Made by a program: the position numbers and the translations under genes. This document shows positions 1 to 11,477 of a stretch of 25,711 nucleotides of DNA, piece after piece. The notes below the pieces were generated by a model. That model was not told the origin of the DNA. It saw only the letters and a list, made by a program, of their open reading frames with translations, and searched no databases. Positions within the stretch are counted from its first letter, which is position 1, and every line of letters begins with the position of its first letter. The DNA comes from Chlamydiota bacterium (GTDB lineage Bacteria; Auribacterota; Tritonobacteria; UBA1439): contig JBAXOY010000038.1 in assembly GCA_037133055.1 (NCBI GenBank), positions 1-25,711 of the forward strand. The letters are read 5' to 3'.

Positions 1-82
1 TGCCGTACCGCGAGTACACATAACGGTCCACATCGCCGGTGAACGCCTTCTCCGACCTGTTCGCCCTCTGAGGGGCACGCAG

Positions 83-286
83 ATGCCTCTTGTCTATGTC
101 AGCGTCATCGGGGCCAGCCGCTGCACGGCGGAGCAGGCCGCGCGGGCCGAGGAGCTCGGAGAGTTCCTCGCGGAGCGCGGTTGCGCCGTCGTCTGCGGCG
201 GCAGGGACGGCGTCATGGAGGCCGTGGCTCGCGGCGCCAAACGCAGGGGCGGCGTCGCGATCGGCATCCTCCCGGACGCCGATCGC
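83..286 (+). pseudogene. 5' fragment of TIGR00725-family (SLOG/LOG-like Rossmann-fold) protein, truncated at junction with gyrA
   Basis: [14 protein letters not shown]...[47 protein letters not shown] matches the N-terminal half of this family. GAGGGG SD lies upstream of ATG 83. After about 286 the frame is only the antisense of gyrA. Confidence 0.7.
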
Positions 287-2536
287 CCCCACGATCCGCC
301 CGTTCCGCTCGCCCGTCCGCATCGCGATGACGCCCTTCCCGCCGCGCGACTGCTTTCTGAACTCGGAGAACCCGGTCCGCTTCCCGTACCCCTTCTCGGC
401 GATCACGAGGATCGTGGCGCTCTCGTCCACGATCTCCATGTCCACCACCCGGTCCCCCTTTGCGAGGGTGATCCCCCTGACTCCGTAGGCGCCGCGGCCC
501 ATCTCCCGCACGTCCCCCTCCGCGAAGCGTATCGACATCCCCTCGCTCGTCACGATGAGCATTTCGTTGTGCCCGTCGGTGAGCTTCGCGTGCGTGAGGC
601 GGTCGCCCTCCTCGACACCGATGGCGATGATCCCTCCCTGCCGCGGGTGACTGAACGCGGTGAGCGCCGTCTTCTTGACGGTCCCCTTCTCGGTGGCCAT
701 CACGATGGACCGGCCCTCCGCGAACTCGCGCACGCGCAGCAGCGCCGCCACGCGGTCCCCGGCGGGGATGCTCAGCAGGTTCACGATCGACTTCCCCTTA
801 GACTGCCGCGTCCCCTCGGGGATCTCGTAGGCCTTCAGCCAGTGGAGCATCCCCTTCTCCGTGAAGAAGAGCAGGTAGTCGTGCGCGGAGACGCTGAAGA
901 GGTGCTCGACGTAGTCCTCCGCCTTGGTCTCGATCCCCGTGACGCCCTTCCCGCCTCGGCGCTGCGCCCGGTAGGCGGCGGTCGCCACGCGCTTGATGTA
1001 GCCGCCGTGCGTGATGGTGATGAGCGACGCCTCGTCGGCAATCAGGTCCTCGATCTTAAGCTCGACCCCCGAGTCCAGGATCTCCGTCCGGCGCTCGTCT
1101 CCGAGGTTCCCGGAGAGCTCGTCGAGCTCCTCCTCGATGAGGTCGAGCACCTTCCGCTCGCTCTCGAGGATGGAGCGAAGGTACGTGATCCGCTTGATCA
1201 GCTCCACGTACTCCTTTTCGATCTTGTCGATCTCGAGGTTGGTGAGCTGGTAGAGGCGGAGGTCGAGGATCGCGTTTACCTGGATCTCGCTCAGGGGAAA
1301 CTTCTTGAGGAGACCTTCCTTCGCGCCGTTCCGGTCCTTCGAACCCTTGATGATCCGGATGACCTCGTCGATGTGCGCGAGCGCGATCTTGAACCCCTCG
1401 AGGATGTGCGCCCGCGCCTCCGCCTGGGCCAGCTCGAAGCGGGTCCGGCGGACGATCACCTCTTTCCGGTGGTCGATGAAGCACTGGACGAGCTGGCGCA
1501 TCCCCGTCACCCGCGGCCGCCCCTTGTCGAGCGCGAGCAGGATGATGCCGTAGGTGGTCTGGAGGGTGGTGTGCTTGTAGAGCTGGTTGAGGATGATCTG
1601 CGCCTCCTCGCCGCGCTTGAGGTCGATGACGATCCGCATCCCCTCCTTGTCGGACTCGTCGCGGATGTCGCTGATCCCCTCGATGGACTTGTCCTTCACG
1701 AGCCTGACGATCGTCTCGATGAGGGCGGTCTTGTTGACCATGTAGGGGATCTCGCTGATGACGAGGGACTCCTTCCCCCCCTTGTGCGTCTCCGAGCCGA
1801 TCTTCCCGCGAAGCTGGAGGTGTCCCCTCCCCGTCGCGTAGGCGCGCGCAATCCCCTCCCTGCCGTAGATGATGCCGCCCGTGGGGAAATCGGGGCCGGG
1901 AAGGACCCTGATGATCTCGGCCGCCGTGGCGTTCGGCGTGCGGATGACGAGCTTGACGGCCTCCACGACCTCTCGCAGGTTGTGCGGCGGGATGTTCGTC
2001 GCCATCCCGACCGCGATCCCCTGGGAGCCGTTGCAGAGGAGGTTCGGGAACTTGCCGGGGAGGATGACGGGCTCCTGGAGGGTCTCATCGTAGTTGGAGA
2101 CGAAGTCCACGGTCCGCTTCTCGATGTCATCGAGCATCGCGGCCGAGGCGCGGCTCAGGCGCGCCTCGGTGTACCGCATGGCGGCCGCCGGGTCGCCGTC
2201 GATCGATCCGAAGTTCCCCTGCCCCTGCACGAGCGGGTAGCGTATACTGAAGTTCTGGGCCATCCGGACGAGCGTAGGGTAGATGACCTGCTCGCCGTGG
2301 GGGTGGTAGTTGCCGGAGGTGTCGCCCGCGATCTTGGCGCATTTCCGATGCTTGGCCCCCGGGGCGAGGTGAAGGTCGTTCATCGCCACGAGGATGCGCC
2401 GCTGCGACGGCTTCAGCCCGTCGCGGGCGTCCGGCAGCGCGCGCGAGATGATCACGCTCATCGCGTAGGACGTGTACGACTCCTTCATCTCCTCTTCTAT
2501 GTCGCGCGGAAGCGTCTTCCCGCCCTCTGGAATCAT
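266..2536 (-). CDS. gyrA: DNA gyrase subunit A (3' end missing or chimeric; frame stays open to the window edge)
   Basis: Absent from the ORF track because there is no stop in the window. ATG 2536 with GAGGTG SD. Manual translation gives [36 protein letters not shown], catalytic [10 protein letters not shown], GyrA-box QRRGGKG (~943-965) and CTD blades to ...[13 protein letters not shown]. Confidence 0.96.
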
Positions 2537-2571
2537 TGTAATCACCTCATGCGTGTGCTCGTGTGCGGCGC

Positions 2572-2594
2572 GGGCGGCCTGAAGGCCGCCCTAC
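2572..2594 (-). repeat. GTAG-type REP-like palindrome
   Basis: Minus strand reads GTAGGGCGGCC-TTCA-GGCCGCCC: GTAG at the foot of a perfect 8-bp GC stem, in the gyrB-gyrA spacer. Confidence 0.5.
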
Positions 2595-2630
2595 GGGAGG
2601 GATACGCTATGTCGCGCGGGTCAGCATATC

Positions 2631-5349
<2,719 letters not shown>

Positions 5350-5413
5350 GGATGTTCCCCGAACGCGACGATGCACCCCGGCGGAAATCCACATCCATCA
5401 CTTCAACGCAGGG

Positions 5414-5613
5414 ACGCAGCTGAACGCAGATCGTCAGGATACTCGCAGATGGGACTCGGTTGAGAGTTGAAAGCTTCAAAGATCTTCAGGATTTGAACCT
5501 TCAACCGTGGGCCGTTTTCCGATCCGCGTCCATCCGCGTCCGAATCCAGTATTCAAACACCATTGTCACTCTATCGTATCCTGACCATCCTGACGATCTG
5601 CGTTCATCTGCGT
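5414..5613. repeat. Nested inverted-repeat element between dnaN and dciA
   Basis: 5414-5440 ACGCAGCTGAACGCAGATCGTCAGGAT matches the reverse complement of 5587-5613 at 26/27. Inner imperfect IR at 5457-5468 / 5496-5507. Confidence 0.8.
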
Positions 5614-5651
5614 GCTACATTAAAATGGTATCCCCGTCCCCCCCCCCCGCG

Positions 5652-6806
5652 TCAGGTCAGGCGTATCGGCATGATGACGTACAGGAACGACTTGCCGCTC
5701 CTGATGACGCCGGGGTTGAGCGCGTCGGTGATCTCGAAGACGACCTCCTGCTCGTCGAGGTTCTTCAGCACGTCCACCAGGTACTGCGGGTTGAAGGCGA
5801 TGGCGAACTCGTCGCCGTCGTACGCGATCGTCAGCTCCTCCCGCGCCTCGCCCACCTCCGGGGTGTTCGTCGAGAGGATGAGGCGGTTTTTCTCCAGGGC
5901 GACCTTGATCGAGTTCGCCTGGTCGGTCGTGAGGAGCGCCACGCGCCTCGCGGCGGCGAGGAGCTCCTCCCTGCCGATGAGGAGCTTGTGCGCCGATTTC
6001 TGCGGAACCACCTGCTGGTAGTTCGGGAAATGCCCCTCGACGAGCCTCGTGACCAGGGTGCAGTCGCCCGTCGAAAAGGCGGCCTGCGTGTCGCCGAGAA
6101 AGATCTCGGCCTCGCCCTCCGCGTCCCCCTTCTTCTCGATTTTCCTGTCGATCTTCTTCTCCGCCTCCTCGGTCTTTTTCCGCTCGAGGATGCGCCCGAG
6201 CTCCATGACCGCCTTGGTGGGGATTATGACTCCTCGGTCGGCCCCCTCGGGAACATCGGCCGGGATCTCGCAGAGGGCGAGCCGCCTCCCGTCCGTCGCG
6301 ACCCCCGTCAGCTTCCCCTTCGAGAGCAGAAGATAGAGACCGTTCAGCACGTAGCGGCTCTCGTCATGCGACACCGCGTAGTGCGTTTTGCGGATCAGGT
6401 CGGCGAACGGGGCTCGGGCGATCTTCAAGGATCCGGTCTTGTCGAATTCGGGGAGCTTTGGGAAATCATCCTTGGGGAGGCCGAGCACCTTGAAATAGGA
6501 CGCGTCGTACCTGATCTCAACCTCTTTCCCGTCGGTCGCCTCCAGTGTGACCTCGCTCACCGGGAGCTCTCTGAGTATCGCGAGGAGCCGCTTGGCGGGG
6601 AGGGTGATCGCCCCCTTCTTCTCCACCTTTGCGGGGACCTTCCGCCGCATTCCGACCTCGAGGTCCGTGGTGGTGAGCACCAGTTCCTTCCCCTCCGCTT
6701 CCAATAGCACGTTCGAAAGGATGGGGATCGGCGTCTTTCCCCCGACGATGCTCTGCACCGCCTGAAGGCCGTCCAGGATATCCTGTTTCATGCATTTGAT
6801 CTTCAT
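5652..6806 (-). CDS. dnaN: DNA polymerase III beta sliding clamp
   Basis: PILSNVLL, TTDLE, SRYVLNG, VATDGRRLA, RLVEGHFPNYQQV, IAFNPQYL and YVIMPIRL motifs. ATG 6806 with GGGAGG SD. Confidence 0.97.
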   Translation of the reverse strand: MKIKCMKQDILDGLQAVQSIVGGKTPIPILSNVLLEAEGKELVLTTTDLEVGMRRKVPAKVEKKGAITLPAKRLLAILRELPVSEVTLEATDGKEVEIRYDASYFKVLGLPKDDFPKLPEFDKTGSLKIARAPFADLIRKTHYAVSHDESRYVLNGLYLLLSKGKLTGVATDGRRLALCEIPADVPEGADRGVIIPTKAVMELGRILERKKTEEAEKKIDRKIEKKGDAEGEAEIFLGDTQAAFSTGDCTLVTRLVEGHFPNYQQVVPQKSAHKLLIGREELLAAARRVALLTTDQANSIKVALEKNRLILSTNTPEVGEAREELTIAYDGDEFAIAFNPQYLVDVLKNLDEQEVVFEITDALNPGVIRSGKSFLYVIMPIRLT

Positions 6807-6844
6807 CGTTCCTCCCTTCAGGATGTTATTCACTCCCATGATAC

Positions 6845-7117
6845 TGAAGAAGTTTTTCTTATCTATATAACTGTAGCAGTAGTAGAGGGGGGGATAACCC
6901 GTGGAGCCCCCGTGCGATGACCGGTTGCATCACGCACGAGAAACGGTCCATCCTCCGGCGCAGCCGGTTGCCGTGTTTCGTTCCGACGGACGCCCCACCC
7001 AATCCCCTGTGGATAACTCATGTAGAACCTGTGAAGCGTCAGGGGGTTGGCCGGCGCCCCTTCGGGGGTACTCCCCCGCGCCGCTTTATCCACAGGTTAT
7101 CCACATGCCCCTCCACA
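6845..7117. other. oriC: Replication origin oriC (dnaA-dnaN intergenic part with unwinding module)
   Basis: Perfect DnaA boxes at 7008-7016 (TGTGGATAA), 7086-7094 and 7097-7105 (TTATCCACA). Degenerate boxes at 6889-6897, 6900-6908 and 7109-7117. DnaA-trio-like TAG-CAG-TAG-TAG at 6874-6885, next to an AT-rich tract at 6845-6870. Confidence 0.88.
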
Positions 7118-7120
7118 GCG

Positions 7121-8467
7121 CTACCCCTTCAACTGGCGTTCAAGATAGGCGATGATCTTTTTCACTCCCTCGTCCGTTTTGAGGCGCGACCCGACGGCCT
7201 TCACGGCGTACAAGACCGTCGTGTGGTCCCTCCCGCCGAACGCATCCCCGATCTCGGGGAGCGAACTCCCGATAAGCGTCCTCGCAAGGTACATGGCGAT
7301 CTGGCGCGGGAAGGAGATCGCCTGGGGCCGCTTCTTGCTCATCATGTCCGAGACCCGGATGTCGAAATACTCGGCGACCTTCTTCTGCACCGCCTCCATC
7401 GTGACGGTCTTCGCGTCCTCCGTGCCGATCATGTCGCCCAGGATCGCCTCGGCGACCGGGACGTTCATCGGGGTCTTCATGAGGGAGCTGTAGGCCGTCA
7501 CGCGGCTCATCGCCCCCTCGAGCTTGCGCACGTTCGACTTGATCTTCGATGCGATGTAGAAGACCACCTCGTCCGGGAGCGACACGTTCTCCTGCTCCGC
7601 CTTCTTCCTGAGGATCGCGACGCGCGTCTCGATATCCGGGGCCTGGAGGTCCGTGACGAGCCCCCATTCGAACCGCGACACCAGCCGCTCCTCGAGATTG
7701 GGGATCTCCTTCGGGGGCCTGTCGCTCGAGAGCACGATCTGCTTGTGGGCGTCGTAGAGCGTGTTGAAGGTGTGGAAGAACTCCTCCTGCGTCTGCTCCT
7801 TTCCGCCGAGGAAGTGCACGTCGTCGATGAGGAGGACGTCCACGTTCCGGTACTTGTTCCTGAACTTGATGGTGTTCCTGTTCTGGATGGCGTCGATGAG
7901 CTGGTTGGTGAACTTTTCGCTGGAGATGTAGCTCACGTTCGCCTCGCCGAACTTGTCCTGGACATAGTGGCCGATGGCCTGCATCAGGTGCGTCTTCCCG
8001 AGGCCCACGCCCCCGTAGATGAAGAGCGGGTTGTAGGCCTTCGCGGGCGACTGGGCCACCGCGATGGAGGCGGCGTGCGCGAAGCGGTTGCTCGGGCCGA
8101 CGACGAACGTGTCGAAGGTGTACTTCTGGTTGAGCTTCAGTTCCGAACTGAAGAGCCTGCGGCGGGTGAAGGTCACGCCGGGCCTGTCCCTCGGAGCGGT
8201 CTCGGGCGAGGCCTCCTCATCGGGCCGGATGCATTTCACCGTGATCCTGCGTCCCAGCAGCCCGCTCGCGGCCTCTTCAATCTCCCTGCGGTAATGCCGG
8301 GCTATCCAGTCGATGAAGAGCTGGTTGGGAACCTCAAGGACCAGGAGATCGCCCTCGAAGGCTTTCGGACGCACAGGCTGGAGCCACGTCTGTACGGTGT
8401 CCTTGTGGGTTCCGCGGGCGATTCCTGCGACGATTGTTTTCCACAGAGACGGTGCGGAATGGTCCAC
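7121..8467 (-). CDS. dnaA: Chromosomal replication initiator DnaA
   Basis: YTFDTFVVG, YNPLFIYGGVGLGKTHL, LLIDDVHF, RLVSRFEWGL and GGRDHTTVLYA motifs. GTG start with GGAGG SD. Confidence 0.98.
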   Translation of the reverse strand: MDHSAPSLWKTIVAGIARGTHKDTVQTWLQPVRPKAFEGDLLVLEVPNQLFIDWIARHYRREIEEAASGLLGRRITVKCIRPDEEASPETAPRDRPGVTFTRRRLFSSELKLNQKYTFDTFVVGPSNRFAHAASIAVAQSPAKAYNPLFIYGGVGLGKTHLMQAIGHYVQDKFGEANVSYISSEKFTNQLIDAIQNRNTIKFRNKYRNVDVLLIDDVHFLGGKEQTQEEFFHTFNTLYDAHKQIVLSSDRPPKEIPNLEERLVSRFEWGLVTDLQAPDIETRVAILRKKAEQENVSLPDEVVFYIASKIKSNVRKLEGAMSRVTAYSSLMKTPMNVPVAEAILGDMIGTEDAKTVTMEAVQKKVAEYFDIRVSDMMSKKRPQAISFPRQIAMYLARTLIGSSLPEIGDAFGGRDHTTVLYAVKAVGSRLKTDEGVKKIIAYLERQLKG

Positions 8468-8516
8468 TTCAACCTCCGCGAGGAGTATAGAGGAAAAGAG
8501 GTATGTTGTGAAGTAA

Positions 8517-8545
8517 AATATACTGACATAACTATGTCATGTACA
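8517..8545 (-). promoter_or_regulatory. Candidate dnaA promoter with palindromic operator in the spacer
   Basis: Minus strand TGTACA-N17-TATATT. The spacer is filled by the perfect palindrome TGACATA-AC-TATGTCA (8524-8539). Confidence 0.4.
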
Positions 8546-8566
8546 GATAGTTAAGTATTAAATGTA

Positions 8567-8592
8567 AATCCAGAATCCAGAATCCAGAATCC
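8567..8592. repeat. Heptamer tandem repeat (AATCCAG)x3.7
   Basis: AATCCAG AATCCAG AATCCAG AATCC read directly. The same heptamer occurs in the arms of the 15361-15551 element. Confidence 0.9.
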
Positions 8593-8666
8593 CCATGTAC
8601 TGCGAAAGGCGCAACGCGACGGATAGCGGGCTGAGGGGTTGCCGTCAGGCCATCGGCGCGGCCATG

Positions 8667-8686
8667 TTATCCACAACTTATCCACA
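8667..8686 (+). promoter_or_regulatory. Tandem DnaA boxes upstream of dnaA (autoregulation or second part of a bipartite oriC)
   Basis: TTATCCACA at 8667-8675 and 8678-8686, with the same 2-bp spacing as the pair at 7086-7105. Confidence 0.85.
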
Positions 8687-8805
8687 GATGTTAAAAGGCA
8701 GCGGTTCCGCGGGTTTCGCGGGGAAGAACGCCTCTTCCACGGACTGCGCGTCACCGCACCGCTCAAGTTGTGCCGGGCCATTCATCGACCGCCGCGCTTC
8801 CCGTC

Positions 8806-8833
8806 TTGACAAACGGGTCGCCGTGTATATAAT
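8806..8833 (+). promoter_or_regulatory. Sigma70-type promoter for the rpmH operon
   Basis: Perfect TTGACA (8806-8811), 16-bp spacer, TATAAT (8828-8833), 44 nt upstream of rpmH. Confidence 0.75.
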
Positions 8834-8877
8834 CAGCACGGTCGGGCAGCCGGATTGATCATGGAGAAGAGAGAAAC

Positions 8878-9012
8878 ATGAAGAGGACCTATCAGCCGTC
8901 CAAGAGGTGGAGAAGCAGGAATCACGGTTTTCTCAAGCGGAAGAGCACGAGGGCCGGGCGGGATGTGATCCGGCGCAGGCGCAGGAAGGGCAGGAAGAAA
9001 CTCACCGCGTAA
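8878..9012 (+). CDS. rpmH: 50S ribosomal protein L34
   Basis: Manual translation [44 protein letters not shown], 44 aa, too short for the ORF track. Confidence 0.97.
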   Translation: MKRTYQPSKRWRSRNHGFLKRKSTRAGRDVIRRRRRKGRKKLTA

Positions 9013-9046
9013 GGCAGGAGCGTCCGTCTCGGAAGGGGTGACGGTG

Positions 9047-9418
9047 ATGAAAGCCACGCACCGCTTGTCGAGAAAAAAGTTCGCCCTGGCGAGGCCGGAG
9101 CTGCGAGAGGTGCTCGAGAAGGGGCGCAGGCACGCGGGGCGATGCATGGTCCTCTGCGTGGTGCATGCCGGAGCGGGGCGGAAGTTCGGCGTCAGCGCGA
9201 GCCGGCGCGTGGGCGGCGCGGTTGAACGCAACAGGGCGAAGCGGCTGATGCGGGAGATCATGCGGCTCAACAGGGACCGCGTGCGGTCGGGAGCGAGGAT
9301 CGTCGCGATAGCCCGTGCGGACATATTCCATAACAGCTTCATAGAGAATGAGTTGGAATTTATCAATCTCCTCTCTAAATCAGGCGCGATAGAAATGAAT
9401 ATGTTCACGCGCGACTGA
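9047..9418 (+). CDS. rnpA: Ribonuclease P protein component
   Basis: FGVSASRRVGGAVERNRAKRLMRE (RNR motif); follows rpmH. Start could be GTG 9038. Confidence 0.9.
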   Translation: MKATHRLSRKKFALARPELREVLEKGRRHAGRCMVLCVVHAGAGRKFGVSASRRVGGAVERNRAKRLMREIMRLNRDRVRSGARIVAIARADIFHNSFIENELEFINLLSKSGAIEMNMFTRD

Positions 9419-9481
9419 AATATTTTTCACGGCAGCGCACGTAAGAATAAATCCTGTGCGCGCCGCTGATGGGAACAGCAT

Positions 9482-9796
9482 GTGCGTCTGCATCTCATGC
9501 GAGCTCTGATGAATATAGTCGAACGATGCATAACGGGAATGGTCGGGGCGTATCAGCGGTTGGTTTCTCCCCTGCTTGGGCCGCACTGCAGGTATCATCC
9601 CACCTGCTCGCAGTACACGGTCGACGCCGTGCGCGCGCGCGGAACACTGGTCGGCCTCGCGCTCGGAGCGCTCAGGGTGGCGCGCTGCAATCCGTTCTTC
9701 ACGGGCGGGTATGACCCCGTGAAGAGAGGCAGGCGGCACGAACGCATGTCCGGCGGATGTTCGCCGGTGACGGACATCCGGATGGAGAAGGAATAA
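9482..9796 (+). CDS. yidD: Membrane protein insertion efficiency factor YidD
   Basis: YQRLVSPLLGPHCRYHPTCSQY...RVARCNPFFTGGYDPV. Start uncertain (9482, 9497 or 9509). Confidence 0.93.
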   Translation: MRLHLMRALMNIVERCITGMVGAYQRLVSPLLGPHCRYHPTCSQYTVDAVRARGTLVGLALGALRVARCNPFFTGGYDPVKRGRRHERMSGGCSPVTDIRMEKE

Positions 9797-9799
9797 CAC

Positions 9800-11461
9800 A
9801 TGGATCGCAGGACAATAATCGCCCTGGCGCTTTCGTTCATCGTGATCGTGGTCTATACCAGGTTCATCGTGCCCCCGCCGAAGAAAGCCCCGAAGTCCGT
9901 TCAACCGGGGGCGCAGGTGGAAGCAACGCCTTCCGATGCGCCGAAGATGGAGAAAACAGCCGCCATAGCGGAGCCGCTCGCTGTAGCATTGTCCGCGCCG
10001 AAAGGGAAGTTATCCACAGTCATTACGAAGACGATGGAAGTGGCGTTCAGCAGTGAGGGGGGGTGCATCTCTCACGTCACGCTCTTCAGATCGCCTGTCA
10101 TAAAGAAGGGCCCGATCAAGGTAATCCAGTCGTTATCTCCATTGATGCAGCCGGCTGCGCTCAAACTGCAGGGTGCTTTATCCATCGACGGGAGTGCGGA
10201 GTATACGGTGGAGTCCGAGAATGCCTCCGGAAGGGAAATCACCTACCGAGGGGCATTCGGCCCTCTCCTGGTAAAAAGGTCATATCGCGTTCATGATAAA
10301 GGATATGTGATTGATTCAGTAACCACAATCAGGAACACCGGCCCAGAAAAAATAGAGATCCCGAAAAGCATTGAGATCAGCGCGGGAACGGTATTCGCTC
10401 TCACCGCTTCGGAGAAGAATACGTATGTGGGTCTGGACCGGCTTGACGAAAAAGGCAGTATCTCGCGTGTCGGCGCCGGGAAGGCTGTCAAGGGCAGGGA
10501 GGAATTGAAGGGGACAAAGTGGTTTGCACTGAGAAACCAGTTCTTCGCGGTTATTGTAAGGCCCGCTTTTCCTGCGATCGGATGGTACGCCAGGGAGGTC
10601 AGAATCGAAAATGGCCTGAGCGGCATCGAAGGCAGCGTCATGATAGGTCCGCTGGCCCTCAAGCCCGGTGAAGAGAAAGAGATCCCCCTGAGCGTCTATA
10701 TCGGTCCGAAGGAGTACACCGCGCTCTCGGCCTTCGGCGCCCTTGAGATCATGGATTTCGGGTGGTTCGGCTTTGTCGGAAAATGGATCCTGCTCGGGCT
10801 TAATGCCTTGTATCGCCTCTGCGGGAACTACGGGGTGGCCATCATCCTCCTTACCATCGTGATACGAATACTGCTTTACCCGTTGAACCAGAAGAGTTTC
10901 AGATCGATGAAACATATGCAGCAGATCCAGCCGGAGATCGCCGTGCTCCAGCAGAAGTACAAGGGCGATGCGAAGAAAAGCCAGGCGGAAATGATGAAGC
11001 TCTACAAGGAGCATGGAGTAAATCCGATGGGCGGCTGCCTGCCCCTGCTCATCCAGATGCCGATACTCATCGCCTTCTTCAGGGTGCTCCAGAACGCGAT
11101 CGAGCTTTGGGGCGCGCCATTCTGCCTCTGGATGAACGATCTCTCCGAGCCCGACGCGCTTTTCAGGTTTTCCACGGGAAAGAGCGTGTGGCCGTTCATA
11201 GGCAGAATGGTCGATGGACAGGGCTATATATTCCTGAACGTGCTGCCGATACTCATGCTCGCGGTATTTTACATCCAGCAAAAGATGACTCCGACGGGCA
11301 TGGCGTCTACACCCGAGCAGCAGCAACAGCAGAAGCTGATGGGGGTGCTTATGCCGGTGATGTTCGGGGTGATCTTCTACAACATGCCGGCGGGGTTGAA
11401 CCTGTATTTCGCCGCCAGCACTGTGCTCGGAATAATACAACAAAAGTATATGATCAAGTAA
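9800..11461 (+). CDS. yidC: Membrane protein insertase YidC (with periplasmic domain)
   Basis: N-terminal TM, YIGPK, DFGWF, NYGVAIILLT, NPMGGCLPLLIQMPI, WMNDLSEPD and PAGLNLY motifs. Confidence 0.97.
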   Translation: MDRRTIIALALSFIVIVVYTRFIVPPPKKAPKSVQPGAQVEATPSDAPKMEKTAAIAEPLAVALSAPKGKLSTVITKTMEVAFSSEGGCISHVTLFRSPVIKKGPIKVIQSLSPLMQPAALKLQGALSIDGSAEYTVESENASGREITYRGAFGPLLVKRSYRVHDKGYVIDSVTTIRNTGPEKIEIPKSIEISAGTVFALTASEKNTYVGLDRLDEKGSISRVGAGKAVKGREELKGTKWFALRNQFFAVIVRPAFPAIGWYAREVRIENGLSGIEGSVMIGPLALKPGEEKEIPLSVYIGPKEYTALSAFGALEIMDFGWFGFVGKWILLGLNALYRLCGNYGVAIILLTIVIRILLYPLNQKSFRSMKHMQQIQPEIAVLQQKYKGDAKKSQAEMMKLYKEHGVNPMGGCLPLLIQMPILIAFFRVLQNAIELWGAPFCLWMNDLSEPDALFRFSTGKSVWPFIGRMVDGQGYIFLNVLPILMLAVFYIQQKMTPTGMASTPEQQQQQKLMGVLMPVMFGVIFYNMPAGLNLYFAASTVLGIIQQKYMIK

Positions 11462-11477
11462 TATAGTATTATAAAAG

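Noticed and set aside
10010..10018. Perfect DnaA box inside yidC
   Set aside because: Single copy in coding sequence; may be chance and has no supporting cluster.
11316..11332. CAG-rich run (poly-Gln) in yidC
   Set aside because: Gln-rich stretches at this loop are common in YidC, and the run is interrupted by CAA.
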